From Gammaproteobacteria bacterium (GTDB taxonomy: Bacteria > Pseudomonadota > Gammaproteobacteria > Ga0077554 > Ga007554), in contig JACPOZ010000001.1 in NCBI GenBank assembly GCA_016191235.1, positions 6,481 through 70,480 on the forward strand: 64,000 nt of DNA. The letters run 5' to 3'. The notes under the pieces were generated by a model. The model had not been told where the DNA came from, searched no databases, and worked only from the letters and a program-made list of their open reading frames with translations. Positions 21,875 to 30,530 of the stretch are shown in pieces. Within the stretch, counting starts at the first letter, position 1. Each line of letters begins with the position of its first letter. A program made the translations under genes and the position numbers.

Positions 21875-23311
21875 ATGGCAAAGAACAAGACACTGACCAC
21901 GGCCAACGGCATCCCCGTCGCAGATAATCAGAATACCCTGACTGCCGGCGCGCACGGACCGGCGCTGTTACAGGATTATCATCTCGTCGAAAAAAACGCG
22001 CACTTCAATCGCGAGCGCATTCCGGAGCGGGTGGTCCACGCCAAAGGTGCGGGCGCCTACGGCTATTTTGAGGTCACCCATGATGTGACGCCGTGGACCA
22101 AGGCCAGATTCCTGGAAAAAACCGGCAAGAAAACCGAGGTCTTCCTGCGTTTTTCAACGGTAGGCGGGGAAAAGGGTTCAGCAGACACCGATCGTGACCC
22201 GCGCGGATTTGCCCTGAAGTTCTACACCGAAGATGGCAACTACGACATCACGGGCAATAACACGCCGGTATTTTTCTTGCGTGACCCACTCAAATTTCCC
22301 GACTTCATCCACACCCAGAAACGCAACCCGCAGACCAACCTGAAAGATCCTGATGCCTTTTGGGATTTTCTGTCGCTCACGCCGGAAGCGCTGCATCAGG
22401 TGACGATCCTCTTCTCCAGCCGCGGCACCCTCAAGTCCTACCGCCATATGGACGGCTTCGGCTCGCATACCTTCATGTGGGTCAACGCAGAAGGCAAAGG
22501 TGTGTGGATCAAGTACCACTTCAAGACCGAGACCGGTATCCAGAACCTGACTCGTCAGGAGGCGGGGCGCCTGGCAGGCGAAGACCCCGATGATGCCACG
22601 CGCGACCTGTTCAACCACATCAAAAGCGGCGGCGAGGCGGCGTGGAAACTCCACGTGCAAATCATGCCCTTTGAAGACGCGCCGAACTACCGCTTCAACC
22701 CCTTTGACGTGACCAAGGTTTGGCCGCACAAGGATTATCCGCTGATCCCGGTGGGACGTCTGGTACTCAACCGCAACCCGGAGAATTATTTCGCCGAGGT
22801 CGAACAGGCGGCATTTTCACCGGGCAACATCGTGCCGGGCATCGGCTTCTCGCCGGACAAAATGCTGCAAGGGCGCATCTTCGCCTATGGCGACGCACAC
22901 CGCTACCGCCTGGGCGCGAACTACCAGCTTCTGCCCGTCAACCGCCCGCACGCCGCCGAAGCACTCAACCACCAGCGTGATGGCGCCATGCGTTTCGACG
23001 GCAATGGCGGCGCAAGCCCGAACTACGAGCCCAACAGCTTTGACGGCATCAAGGAAGCGCCCCAGCACGCGCCCTTCCCCCTGCCGGTCGAAGGCGTGGC
23101 TGGCCATCATGCGCCGTCACACGACGATGACTATGTGCAAGCAGGCAACCTGTACCGCCTGATGCCGGAGACAGAAAAGGCCATGCTCGTCGACAACATC
23201 GTCACCCACCTCAAAAATGCCCGCAAGGACATCCAAATCCGCCAGGTCGCGCACTTCCGTGGCGCGGACGAGGATTATGGAATGCGCATCGCCAAGGGGT
23301 TAGGTTTATAG
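21875..23311 (+). CDS. katA: monofunctional haem catalase (small-subunit type)
   Basis: ..[64 protein letters not shown].. ATG 21875 has GGAG 6 nt upstream. Confidence 0.95.
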   Translation: MAKNKTLTTANGIPVADNQNTLTAGAHGPALLQDYHLVEKNAHFNRERIPERVVHAKGAGAYGYFEVTHDVTPWTKARFLEKTGKKTEVFLRFSTVGGEKGSADTDRDPRGFALKFYTEDGNYDITGNNTPVFFLRDPLKFPDFIHTQKRNPQTNLKDPDAFWDFLSLTPEALHQVTILFSSRGTLKSYRHMDGFGSHTFMWVNAEGKGVWIKYHFKTETGIQNLTRQEAGRLAGEDPDDATRDLFNHIKSGGEAAWKLHVQIMPFEDAPNYRFNPFDVTKVWPHKDYPLIPVGRLVLNRNPENYFAEVEQAAFSPGNIVPGIGFSPDKMLQGRIFAYGDAHRYRLGANYQLLPVNRPHAAEALNHQRDGAMRFDGNGGASPNYEPNSFDGIKEAPQHAPFPLPVEGVAGHHAPSHDDDYVQAGNLYRLMPETEKAMLVDNIVTHLKNARKDIQIRQVAHFRGADEDYGMRIAKGLGL

Positions 23312-23420
23312 AAAAGGGGGGTATTTAGCGTTAACCAATACCCCGGAGGAATCTCAAGCGTGAGGTTTTTCCGGGGTTTCTGTAAGATAGGGGCGTTACT
23401 ATCACTGGACGCCCGCCGCC

Positions 23421-23864
23421 ATGCAATTCAACCTGGAACGCGATCCCCGCACCCATACCTTCATCTCCTACGCCCCCGGACAGGTGGTTGTCACCATTCC
23501 GTGGCGGGAGGGTGATGACACCCCCCTCCTCGTCGACCGCGACGGCGAAGTGCGCGGGCGCATCCGCCACGAAACCCTGACCACCAGCATCATTGTCATG
23601 CCCGACCAATTAATCAGAAACTGGCCGCCGCAAACCCCCACTGAAATAACCGCCGCCCATTTTGAAGCCGTCGCTGCCTTGCAGCCCGAGGTCGTGCTGT
23701 TCGGCTCCGGCGCGCGCCTGTGGTGGCCACCCAGCTCCCTTCTTGAACCATTTATCAAGCGCGGAATAGGCATAGAGGTAATGGACACCGCAGCGGCGTG
23801 CCGCACGTACAATATCCTGGTATATGAAGCGCGCAATGTCGCAGCGGCATTGCTTATGATTTGA
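23421..23864 (+). CDS. Mth938/DUF498 domain protein (NDUFAF3-like)
   Basis: 147 aa. ..PEVVLFGSGARLWWPPSSLLEPFIKRGIGIEVMDTAAACRTYNILVYEARNVAAALL is the typical Mth938-domain C-terminus. Confidence 0.78.
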   Translation: MQFNLERDPRTHTFISYAPGQVVVTIPWREGDDTPLLVDRDGEVRGRIRHETLTTSIIVMPDQLIRNWPPQTPTEITAAHFEAVAALQPEVVLFGSGARLWWPPSSLLEPFIKRGIGIEVMDTAAACRTYNILVYEARNVAAALLMI

Positions 23865-23950
23865 CCTGCAAGTAGCCACAGGGGCACAGGAAAATACGGG
23901 TTCTCGTGCTTGTTCCTGGCCACCGAGCGGGCGAAAGCAATTTTATTTTT

Positions 23951-23978
23951 CTCTGTGAACTCTGTGCCTCTGCGGCGA
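23951..23978. repeat. short REP-like unit, family C (ctctgtgaactctgtgcctctgcggcga)
   Basis: Related copy ctctgtgaaccctgcgttctctgtggc at 41556-41582. Confidence 0.55.
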
Positions 23979-23991
23979 ATGGCTTTGTTCT

Positions 23992-25194
23992 TTACAACCG
24001 CCCGCGCTGATCCTGAAACGAAAAACCGGCAAGTGGCATGTCGATGCCGCGCGTCAGCGCAATCACTTTGAATAGCTCACCCATCTCGCTGGACAGGGTC
24101 AGCTTCTTTACCTGCTGCGTCAACGCAAGGTGCTGGCGCGTGTCATCGGGGTTGGATGCCGATGCCATCTCCATCAAACCGCTTCCCAGCAAAAAATAGG
24201 CCTGGGCAGTATACCCCGCGACGGCAAGACCAGCCTCCACGGCGGCCTCGGCCACCGCCGTGAAATCGACGTGCGCGGTGATATCCTGCAAGCCTGTATG
24301 TATCAACGGATCAGGGTGGGCATGGTGGCGGTAATGGCACATCAGCGTGCCACCAGCGCGCTCCGGGTGATAATATTCCCGGCGCGGAAAACCGTAGTCG
24401 ATGATCAGCACCAGCCCCCGCTCCAGCATGGCGGCGATACTGCGCACCCAATCCTCGGCGGCGAGGTTGACTTCCGAGGTGTAGCCGGGAGACAAATCGC
24501 CCAGCTCATCCACGATGGCCGCAATCCGCCCCTCCAGACGCGGATCACTCAACGGCCCACTGCGCCAGGCGAAGCGATCATCCTCCCAGGCCACATAGAG
24601 CTCTTGCGGCCCCTCCTCTTCGATGCGGAACAGATGCACCGGCATGGCGTCCAGCAGTTCGTTGGCCAGCACCACGCCTGTGAACCCGCTTTCAGGCAAA
24701 CGATCCAGCCAGCGGACACGCTCCACAAGGTGAGGTATGCGCCTCTCAAGGGTTTCCCGCTGGCGCTGCCGCAGATCCGCACTCACATCAAGGATAAAAT
24801 AATGATCTGGCAGGCAACCGAGAGCCCCCATCTCAGCCAGCACATCCGCCGCCATCACCCCTGAACCCGCGCCGACCTCCAGGATATCACCACCCCCCAA
24901 GCCAGCCAGCACCTGACAGCACTGCCGCGCCACACAGCGCGAAAACAGCGGGGAAATCTCCGGCGCAGTGACAAAATCCCCCGCCTCACCGAACTTGCGC
25001 GCCCCGGCGCTGTAATAGCCTAAACCGGGGGCATACAGCGCTAGCGCCATGTAGTGGGCGAAGGTGATCTGCCCATCATTGGACTTGATCTCATCGTGGA
25101 TCAGGGCACACAACTGATCACTATGGGCCTGCGCGGCGGCATCCGGCGGGGGTAAGTTATTAAAATTCGGAAGGGTCACAGCATGTCCTGGCAA
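23992..25194 (-). CDS. class I SAM-dependent methyltransferase, MidA/NDUFAF7 (DUF185) family
   Basis: 400 aa. ..ITFAHYMALALYAPGLGYYSAG..FGEAGDFVTAPEISPLF.. and the ILEVGAGSGVMA SAM motif. Apparent TTG start at 25194 with AAGGA 7 nt upstream. Confidence 0.88.
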   Translation of the reverse strand: MPGHAVTLPNFNNLPPPDAAAQAHSDQLCALIHDEIKSNDGQITFAHYMALALYAPGLGYYSAGARKFGEAGDFVTAPEISPLFSRCVARQCCQVLAGLGGGDILEVGAGSGVMAADVLAEMGALGCLPDHYFILDVSADLRQRQRETLERRIPHLVERVRWLDRLPESGFTGVVLANELLDAMPVHLFRIEEEGPQELYVAWEDDRFAWRSGPLSDPRLEGRIAAIVDELGDLSPGYTSEVNLAAEDWVRSIAAMLERGLVLIIDYGFPRREYYHPERAGGTLMCHYRHHAHPDPLIHTGLQDITAHVDFTAVAEAAVEAGLAVAGYTAQAYFLLGSGLMEMASASNPDDTRQHLALTQQVKKLTLSSEMGELFKVIALTRGIDMPLAGFSFQDQRGRL

Positions 25195-25232
25195 TAATGA
25201 ATCCTTGTCATAGTCAGGCAGATACCATCATC

Positions 25233-25460
25233 TTACGATTCAAATTCGCTCCGGGGTACGCCAGACTGCCGAATAATGGACTGAAGCGCGCCGATGCGTA
25301 GCTCTGGATGATTTGGCACCGGCACTGTTATCGTGGAGTCTGGGAATTTTTTCTGCATGACTATGTGGCTACCGCGTTGCCGTACCTCAACGAATCCATG
25401 CGCTGCAAGGATAACGCAGACTTCTTTGCCGGGAAGAATACGTAACTTACCCAACGGCAA
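25233..25460 (-). CDS. hicA: type II toxin HicA (mRNA interferase)
   Basis: 75 aa, ..GKEVCVILAAHGFVEVRQRGSHIVMQK......ITVPVPNHPELRIGALQSIIRQSG. Confidence 0.85.
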   Translation of the reverse strand: MPLGKLRILPGKEVCVILAAHGFVEVRQRGSHIVMQKKFPDSTITVPVPNHPELRIGALQSIIRQSGVPRSEFES

Positions 25461-25668
25461 CCTCTACCCGCGTTACGTACACCTCTTCGTGGAAGCGCTG
25501 TTTGATTTCCTCGGCGGAGGCTGATTCGAAGAAGAGCTCAATAGCCTCTCGCAGGTTATTACGCGCTTCTTCGATGGTATTGCCCTGGCTTGCAATGTCC
25601 AACTCAGGGCAAAGCGAAACATAGCCATCCGCCTCCCGTTCGATGATTGCTGTAAGCTGTTTTTGCAT
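25447..25668 (-). CDS. hicB: type II antitoxin HicB
   Basis: MQKQLTAIIEREADGYVSLCPELDIASQGNTIEEARNNLREAIELFFES.. Start at ATG 25668. Overlaps hicA by 14 nt. Confidence 0.85.
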   Translation of the reverse strand: MQKQLTAIIEREADGYVSLCPELDIASQGNTIEEARNNLREAIELFFESASAEEIKQRFHEEVYVTRVEVAVG

Positions 25669-25778
25669 GATATTTACTCTTGAGCTACGATTTTGGCACC
25701 TGACCACAAGGATTCCAATACGACGTGCAGCATGAATATACGCCTGATAGCCCCCGCCTGTACACTCGCCAAAGCAAG

Positions 25779-25868
25779 GTAGGTCGAGTTAGCGCAGCGT
25801 AACCCGACATCGACGCATGCTGCATCCAGAGCACGTCGGGTTACGCCCTTTGGGCTAACCCGACCTAC
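25779..25868. repeat. REP-like palindromic element, family A
   Basis: gtaggtcgagttagcgcagcgtaacccgac....gtcgggttacgccctttgggctaacccgacctac. Confidence 0.75.
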
Positions 25869-25884
25869 ACGTTTTGTATTATGC

Positions 25885-26316
25885 ATTTGGCGCCTTATAT
25901 CTGGGCCAGAGTTAACTCGCAGATTTTGCCGAAGAGCTTGAAATATTAGGGTGTCGGATTTTTTTACAAGCACCGAACCCAAGAAAAAATTTTAAATAAT
26001 CATTTAAAATCAATGTTATATACAAATTATGCATTATCAAAACCTTATATGCCCCTTTAATTTGGAGGCCATTTTGTCGAATTTTTTTACAGTCTTGCAC
26101 AAAAATCTACCAGAGGAATTGCTTTCAATGGCGGTAAAATAATTTAATACCTTGTAATTAAAGGTAATTAAATTTTTATATTCTCTACTGGTATGAATAA
26201 TGCGTTTTGAATAATGCTTTTAATGATTGGTAAGGACGATGCGATACAGGAAAGTATAGAAATCGTGTCTCCCCATTTATTTGACCCGGTATAATAAATC
26301 TTTAGAGGTTAGCGAC
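25885..26316 (+). repeat. conserved AT-rich PEP-CTERM leader, copy A
   Basis: Aligns by eye almost base-for-base with 29299-29754 (copy C). From about 25960 onward it also aligns with 27623-28010 (copy B). Confidence 0.9.
26189..26203 (+). promoter_or_regulatory. candidate sigma-54 (-24/-12) promoter, leader A
   Basis: TGGTATGAATAATGC has GG and GC at the canonical 12-nt register (consensus TGGCAC-N5-TTGC). It lies ~110 nt upstream of ATG 26317. Confidence 0.6.
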
Positions 26317-27153
26317 ATGAATAACTCACTGAAAAAAATAGCAGTTTGTTCTGCAATTGTGGCGGCTTTGGGTAATACCTCGGTCTTGGCGGCACCTCTT
26401 ACCCTGAATGTAGTTGACTCTGTTAATGTCGCGAGCGCTTTCGGCTTGGCTTTCGACGGCACCAACATCTGGTACACAACTGGCTTCCAGACAACGGGAC
26501 GTATCAACCAAAATGTGGCTGGCATGGCGGCATTCGGTGCGACGTTTAGCGCACCGGTATGGTCTGCAATGGCATGGGCAGGCTCCAATCTTGCGTTTGC
26601 GCAAGGCAATCAAGTTTATTACCGTTCGACGACCGGCGCTGACATGGGGAGCCTGACCATTGGCCGATCTGATGGCCTCATTGACGGGTTCGACATTGAA
26701 GGTGGGAAAATGTACTGGTCGCCAGACGTTAGTTATGCGGCGCAATTGAACGCCACCACGGGTGCCGATGAAGGGATTATCCTCAATCCTCCAGGTGGCT
26801 TGTCTGGCATTGAGCGTGTGATTTCAGGCGCCAATGATTGGCTTTTTGTGGTCAACGACGCCTCTAGCCCACGCACCATCTGTCGCACACTGACCAGCGC
26901 ACCAAACCATAATTTCCCCGCTGGTGAGTGCGTCGCACTGCCTAATTCGCGCTATGAGGACCTCGCTTTTGATGGCCGTTACCTCTATGCTGCCGACTAT
27001 TATGGCGGTCGGATTGACAAAATCGACCTGTTGCTTGATGGTGGCTCTATTTTCGTTCCGCCATCTGGAAATGTGCCTGAGCCTGCTTCCCTTGCCCTGC
27101 TGGGTCTAGGCTTGGTCGGGATGGTTGCGGCACGCCGTCGCAAGACAGCCTAA
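26317..27153 (+). CDS. PEP-CTERM sorting-domain protein 1 (beta-propeller-like passenger)
   Basis: Signal peptide MNNSLKKIAVCSAIVAALGNTSVLA/AP. C-terminal VPEPASLALLGLGLVGMVAARRRKTA (PEP motif, TM, basic tail). Start trimmed to ATG 26317 (GAGG upstream). Confidence 0.85.
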   Translation: MNNSLKKIAVCSAIVAALGNTSVLAAPLTLNVVDSVNVASAFGLAFDGTNIWYTTGFQTTGRINQNVAGMAAFGATFSAPVWSAMAWAGSNLAFAQGNQVYYRSTTGADMGSLTIGRSDGLIDGFDIEGGKMYWSPDVSYAAQLNATTGADEGIILNPPGGLSGIERVISGANDWLFVVNDASSPRTICRTLTSAPNHNFPAGECVALPNSRYEDLAFDGRYLYAADYYGGRIDKIDLLLDGGSIFVPPSGNVPEPASLALLGLGLVGMVAARRRKTA

Positions 27154-27199
27154 GCATTTCGCTTTACTCACAATTTAGTTTCACAAGTAACACATGATT

Positions 27200-27226
27200 G
27201 CCCACCCTTTGCGGTGGGCTTTTTTG
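27200..27226 (+). terminator. rho-independent terminator
   Basis: gcccacc-ctttgc-ggtgggc followed by tttttt. Confidence 0.8.
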
Positions 27227-27260
27227 TTCTGCCGCCACACTTTTTCACCCCCCTCGCCCC

Positions 27261-27591
27261 CGAACCCACGCCCACCTCCAGAATATCGCCGCCCCCCCCA
27301 AGCCCGCCAGCACCTGCCGGCACTGCCGCGCCACGCAGCGCGAAAACAGCGGGGAGATCTCCGGCGCGGCGACAAAATCCCTCGCCTCACCAAATTTGCA
27401 CGCCCCGGCGCTGTAGTATCCGAGTCCCGGCGCATACAGCGCTAGCGCCATGTAGCGGGCGAAGGTGATCTGACCATCGTCGAACTTGATTTCGGCGCGG
27501 ATCAGGGCGTGCAGCCGATCACTGTGGGCCTGCGTGGCGGCATCCGGCCGGGGTAAGTTATCAAGATTCGGCAGAGTCACGGCATGTCCTG
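27261..27591 (-). pseudogene. duplicated, diverged 5' fragment of the MidA-type methyltransferase gene
   Basis: DNA aligns with 24862-25200. Translation ..GHAVTLPNLDNLPRPDAATQAHSDRLHALIRAEIKFDDGQITFARYMALALYAPGLGYYSAGACKFGEARDFVAAPEISPLFSRCVARQC.. parallels the first ~105 aa of the intact gene, then loses frame at a C-run. Confidence 0.85.
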
Positions 27592-27622
27592 AAAATATAG
27601 CGCCAAAACTCACATAAGTCAT

Positions 27623-28010
27623 TGAAATATCAGGGGGTCAGATTTTTTTACAAGGATCGAACCCAAGTAAAAACTTAAAATAATCATTTAAAATCAATGT
27701 TATATACAAATTATGCATCATCAAAACCTTATATGCCCCTTTAATTTGGGGGCCATTTTGTCGAATTTTTTTACAGTCTTGCACAAAGATCTACCAGAGG
27801 AATTGCTTTCAATGGCGGTGAAATAATTTAATACCTTGTAATTAAAGGCAATTAAATTTTTATATTCTCTACTGGCATGAATAATGCTTTTAATGATTGG
27901 TAAGGGCGATGCGATATGGGAAGTATAGAAATCGTATCTCCCCATTTATTTACCTTATGACCCCATTTACCTTACCCCTAGCACAAAACCTAACAAAGGA
28001 AGGACTTCCC
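27623..28010 (+). repeat. conserved AT-rich PEP-CTERM leader, copy B
   Basis: See copy A. Lacks the first ~80 bp and the 14-nt tandem duplication present in A and C. Confidence 0.9.
27873..27887 (+). promoter_or_regulatory. candidate sigma-54 (-24/-12) promoter, leader B
   Basis: TGGCATGAATAATGC, the closest of the three copies to the consensus. Confidence 0.65.
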
Positions 28011-29078
28011 ATGAACAATAAACTTACTGCAGCCGCTGGCGGATTGGCGCTGTTATGGGCCGGCGGCGCTCTTGCGGCACCGATCGCGTTTAATCCCTTT
28101 GTCACCAGCACCAACCTTAGCACCGCCATGGGCAGCACCTCCACGATAGGATTCGCCTATGCCGGGAATAAATTCGTCGGCTCTCTTTATTTCAACAACC
28201 AACTCTATAAAACCGACTTGAATGGGGGAAATGTCCAGGCGTTCGGACCGGCATTACCCATCTCCAGCGGCTCGGCCGGAGAGATCTACGTCTCCAGTTC
28301 ATTGGGGCTGGGCGGGTTCGCATCGCGTGACGTCTTCGCCGGCTCGCAGTCTTTCGGCACGGTTTACCAAATTTCCAATGACGGCACGTCAAGCTCGACA
28401 TTCGCCACCGGCTTGAGCGGCGGGGTGCGCGGTATCGCCTTCGACCCTTACGGTTTGTACGGCAACGATATGTTCGTCACCACCAGCACCGGCAATGTGT
28501 ACCGCATCAACAGCGCGGGCTCGCCCACGTTGCTTGCCAATGTCGGCGGCGACGCGGAAGGCTTGGATTTCACTCCTCAGGCATTCGGTCCCATTCCCGC
28601 CGGCACCCTGGTAGTGGTCTCCGAAGGAACGGGGCGCCTCAACGCCATTACGCCAACGGGTACGAAAACCGATATAGGGCTGCAGTTCAGCGCCCCTGAA
28701 ATGCTCAGCTTCGTCCCCCTCAATCTGGGCATCAGCGGCAATCCGCTCGAGGGATTTTATGCCGCCAACTATCCGGTCAATGTCATCAAGGCGGCGGCCA
28801 GCGATTTTGTTTCCTATTTGGGCGACGCCATCATCACCGAAGAGATCAGCCACAATGTCTATCAGATAGAGTGGAACGGCACGGCATTCACCAAAACCCT
28901 CGTCGGCACCTACCCGAACCAGCCGGAAGACGGCATTTTCGTCACCGCCGCCATCTTGAATCCCGGATGCACCCTCACCAACACCTGCGGTGGCACGGTA
29001 CCTGAGCCTGCCTCGCTGGCCCTGATGGGGCTGGGTCTTGCGGGATTGGGCTTTAGCCGCAAGAAGAAAAAGATATAA
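28011..29078 (+). CDS. PEP-CTERM sorting-domain protein 2 (beta-propeller-like passenger)
   Basis: MNNKLTAAAGGLALLWAGGALA/AP signal. C-terminal VPEPASLALMGLGLAGLGFSRKKKKI. Start at ATG 28011 after AAGGAAGGA. Confidence 0.85.
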   Translation: MNNKLTAAAGGLALLWAGGALAAPIAFNPFVTSTNLSTAMGSTSTIGFAYAGNKFVGSLYFNNQLYKTDLNGGNVQAFGPALPISSGSAGEIYVSSSLGLGGFASRDVFAGSQSFGTVYQISNDGTSSSTFATGLSGGVRGIAFDPYGLYGNDMFVTTSTGNVYRINSAGSPTLLANVGGDAEGLDFTPQAFGPIPAGTLVVVSEGTGRLNAITPTGTKTDIGLQFSAPEMLSFVPLNLGISGNPLEGFYAANYPVNVIKAAASDFVSYLGDAIITEEISHNVYQIEWNGTAFTKTLVGTYPNQPEDGIFVTAAILNPGCTLTNTCGGTVPEPASLALMGLGLAGLGFSRKKKKI

Positions 29079-29101
29079 CTCGAAAGTCGCAGCGTCATGA
29101 A

Positions 29102-29129
29102 CCCCGTCCCCGAGACGGGGTTTTATTTT
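29102..29129 (+). terminator. rho-independent terminator
   Basis: ccccgtc-cccga-gacgggg followed by ttttatttt. Confidence 0.8.
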
Positions 29130-29298
29130 GGGAACGGCACTAATATGCCCTGTCTCCCAAAGTAAATCCGGCAAGCACACAGCGGGTTTACCGTATCCGC
29201 GGCTTTACCCGGCAAGCAGGGCACTTCCCATGGATAACGCACCGCTCGCCGCAACACAGCGCCACCGTCATGGCCTCGGCGGGCACCGGCACGTCCTG

Positions 29299-29754
29299 GC
29301 AACTTTGTATTATGCATTTGGCGCCTTATCTGGGCCAAAGTTTACTCGCAGATTTTGCCGAAGAGCTTGAAATATTAAGGGTGTCGGATTTCTTTACAAG
29401 CACCGAACCCAAGTAAAAACTAAAAATAATCATATAAAATCAATGTTATATACAATTTATGCATTATCAAAACCTTATATACCCCTTGAATTTGGAGGCC
29501 ATTTTGTCGAATTTTTTTACAGTCTTGCACAAAGATCTACCAGAGAAACTGCTTTCAATGGCGGTGAAATAATTTAATGCCTTGTAATTAAAGGTAATTA
29601 AATTTTTATATTCTCTACTGGTATGAATAATGCGTTTTGAATAATGCTTTCAATGATTGGTAAGGGCGATGCGATATAGGGAAGTATAGAAATCGTGCCT
29701 GACCCCATTTATTAATTTGACCCAATTTATTAAATTTTTACCTTGGAGAACAAC
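29299..29754 (+). repeat. conserved AT-rich PEP-CTERM leader, copy C
   Basis: See copy A. Confidence 0.9.
29619..29633 (+). promoter_or_regulatory. candidate sigma-54 (-24/-12) promoter, leader C
   Basis: TGGTATGAATAATGC, identical to copy A. Confidence 0.6.
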
Positions 29755-30483
29755 ATGAAACTCAACAAACTCGCTATCACCACCGCGTTGGCCGCCACGC
29801 TGATCGCCAGCAGCAGCGCTTTCGCCGTTCCCATTACACCTACCGTTTCCTTCGCTCCTGGTACTTCGCTGAATACCACTGCCATAAGCACCTTCACGAC
29901 AAATGGAGCGCAAATGGCGGGTACGTCGGTGACTGCCTATTTCAGCGGAGGCTCAAGTGAAACCGTTTCCTGGGCTGCCGGTATCGTCCCCGCTGGGGCC
30001 GCAACTGGCACTAATTGGTCTCTGAGTTTTGCGGGTACCACAACCTTTAGCCCCTTCTGGGAATTGCTGACTACCGGCAACTTGACTACTGCCATCACAC
30101 GACTGGTCATCGATGGTCAACCTGGCGATACGATTTTTGACACCATTCTGGATCCGGAAACTACGCCCGGTTCTGCGCGGGGCACGGCTTTCTCGGCTGT
30201 CGATGGCCCCACCGGCCTGAGCGTGGCCGCCACCTATAGAAACCAAGTGGCGCTTAACGGTACGGTTTATGGCGATCTATTTACCGTGCTGGATATCGGC
30301 TTTTCCACGGCAACCGGCGCTGCTGGCGGATTGGGAGCAGACAGCCGACTGATTTTTACCGCTGACACGGACAATACTGCTATCCAGGGTGACCTCAACC
30401 CCATCCCAGAGCCCGCCTCCCTGGCACTGATGGGCCTTGGCTTGGCTGGTTTGGGTTTTGCTCGCCGTCGCAAGACAGCTTAA
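29755..30483 (+). CDS. PEP-CTERM sorting-domain protein 3 (Thr/Ala/Gly-rich passenger)
   Basis: MKLNKLAITTALAATLIASSSAFA/VP signal. C-terminal IPEPASLALMGLGLAGLGFARRRKTA. GGAGA upstream of ATG 29755. Confidence 0.85.
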   Translation: MKLNKLAITTALAATLIASSSAFAVPITPTVSFAPGTSLNTTAISTFTTNGAQMAGTSVTAYFSGGSSETVSWAAGIVPAGAATGTNWSLSFAGTTTFSPFWELLTTGNLTTAITRLVIDGQPGDTIFDTILDPETTPGSARGTAFSAVDGPTGLSVAATYRNQVALNGTVYGDLFTVLDIGFSTATGAAGGLGADSRLIFTADTDNTAIQGDLNPIPEPASLALMGLGLAGLGFARRRKTA

Positions 30484-30530
30484 TCAATTTCCCTTTACTC
30501 ACAATAAGTTCCACAAATAGCGCATGATTG

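Noticed and set aside
25674-25982. ORFs 25674-25982, 29123-29338, 32135-32335 and 32191-32394 as small proteins
   Set aside because: They are read through REP elements or the conserved leaders (for example ..VGRVSPKGVTRR.., ..FMVRQAHHER..), so the repeats themselves explain the open frames.
27245-27622. 125-aa ORF as a functional short methyltransferase paralogue
   Set aside because: It is only the N-terminal ~105 codons of the MidA-type gene, lacks the SAM-binding core, loses frame at a C-run, and ends in terminator-flank sequence.
25885-29754. Three regularly spaced, near-identical repeats could at first glance suggest a CRISPR-like or satellite array
   Set aside because: The repeat units are ~0.4 kb, not 24-48 bp. 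The 'spacers' are 0.8-1.1 kb protein-coding genes with signal peptides and PEP-CTERM tails. No cas genes are present. They are interpreted as paralogous promoter/leader regions.
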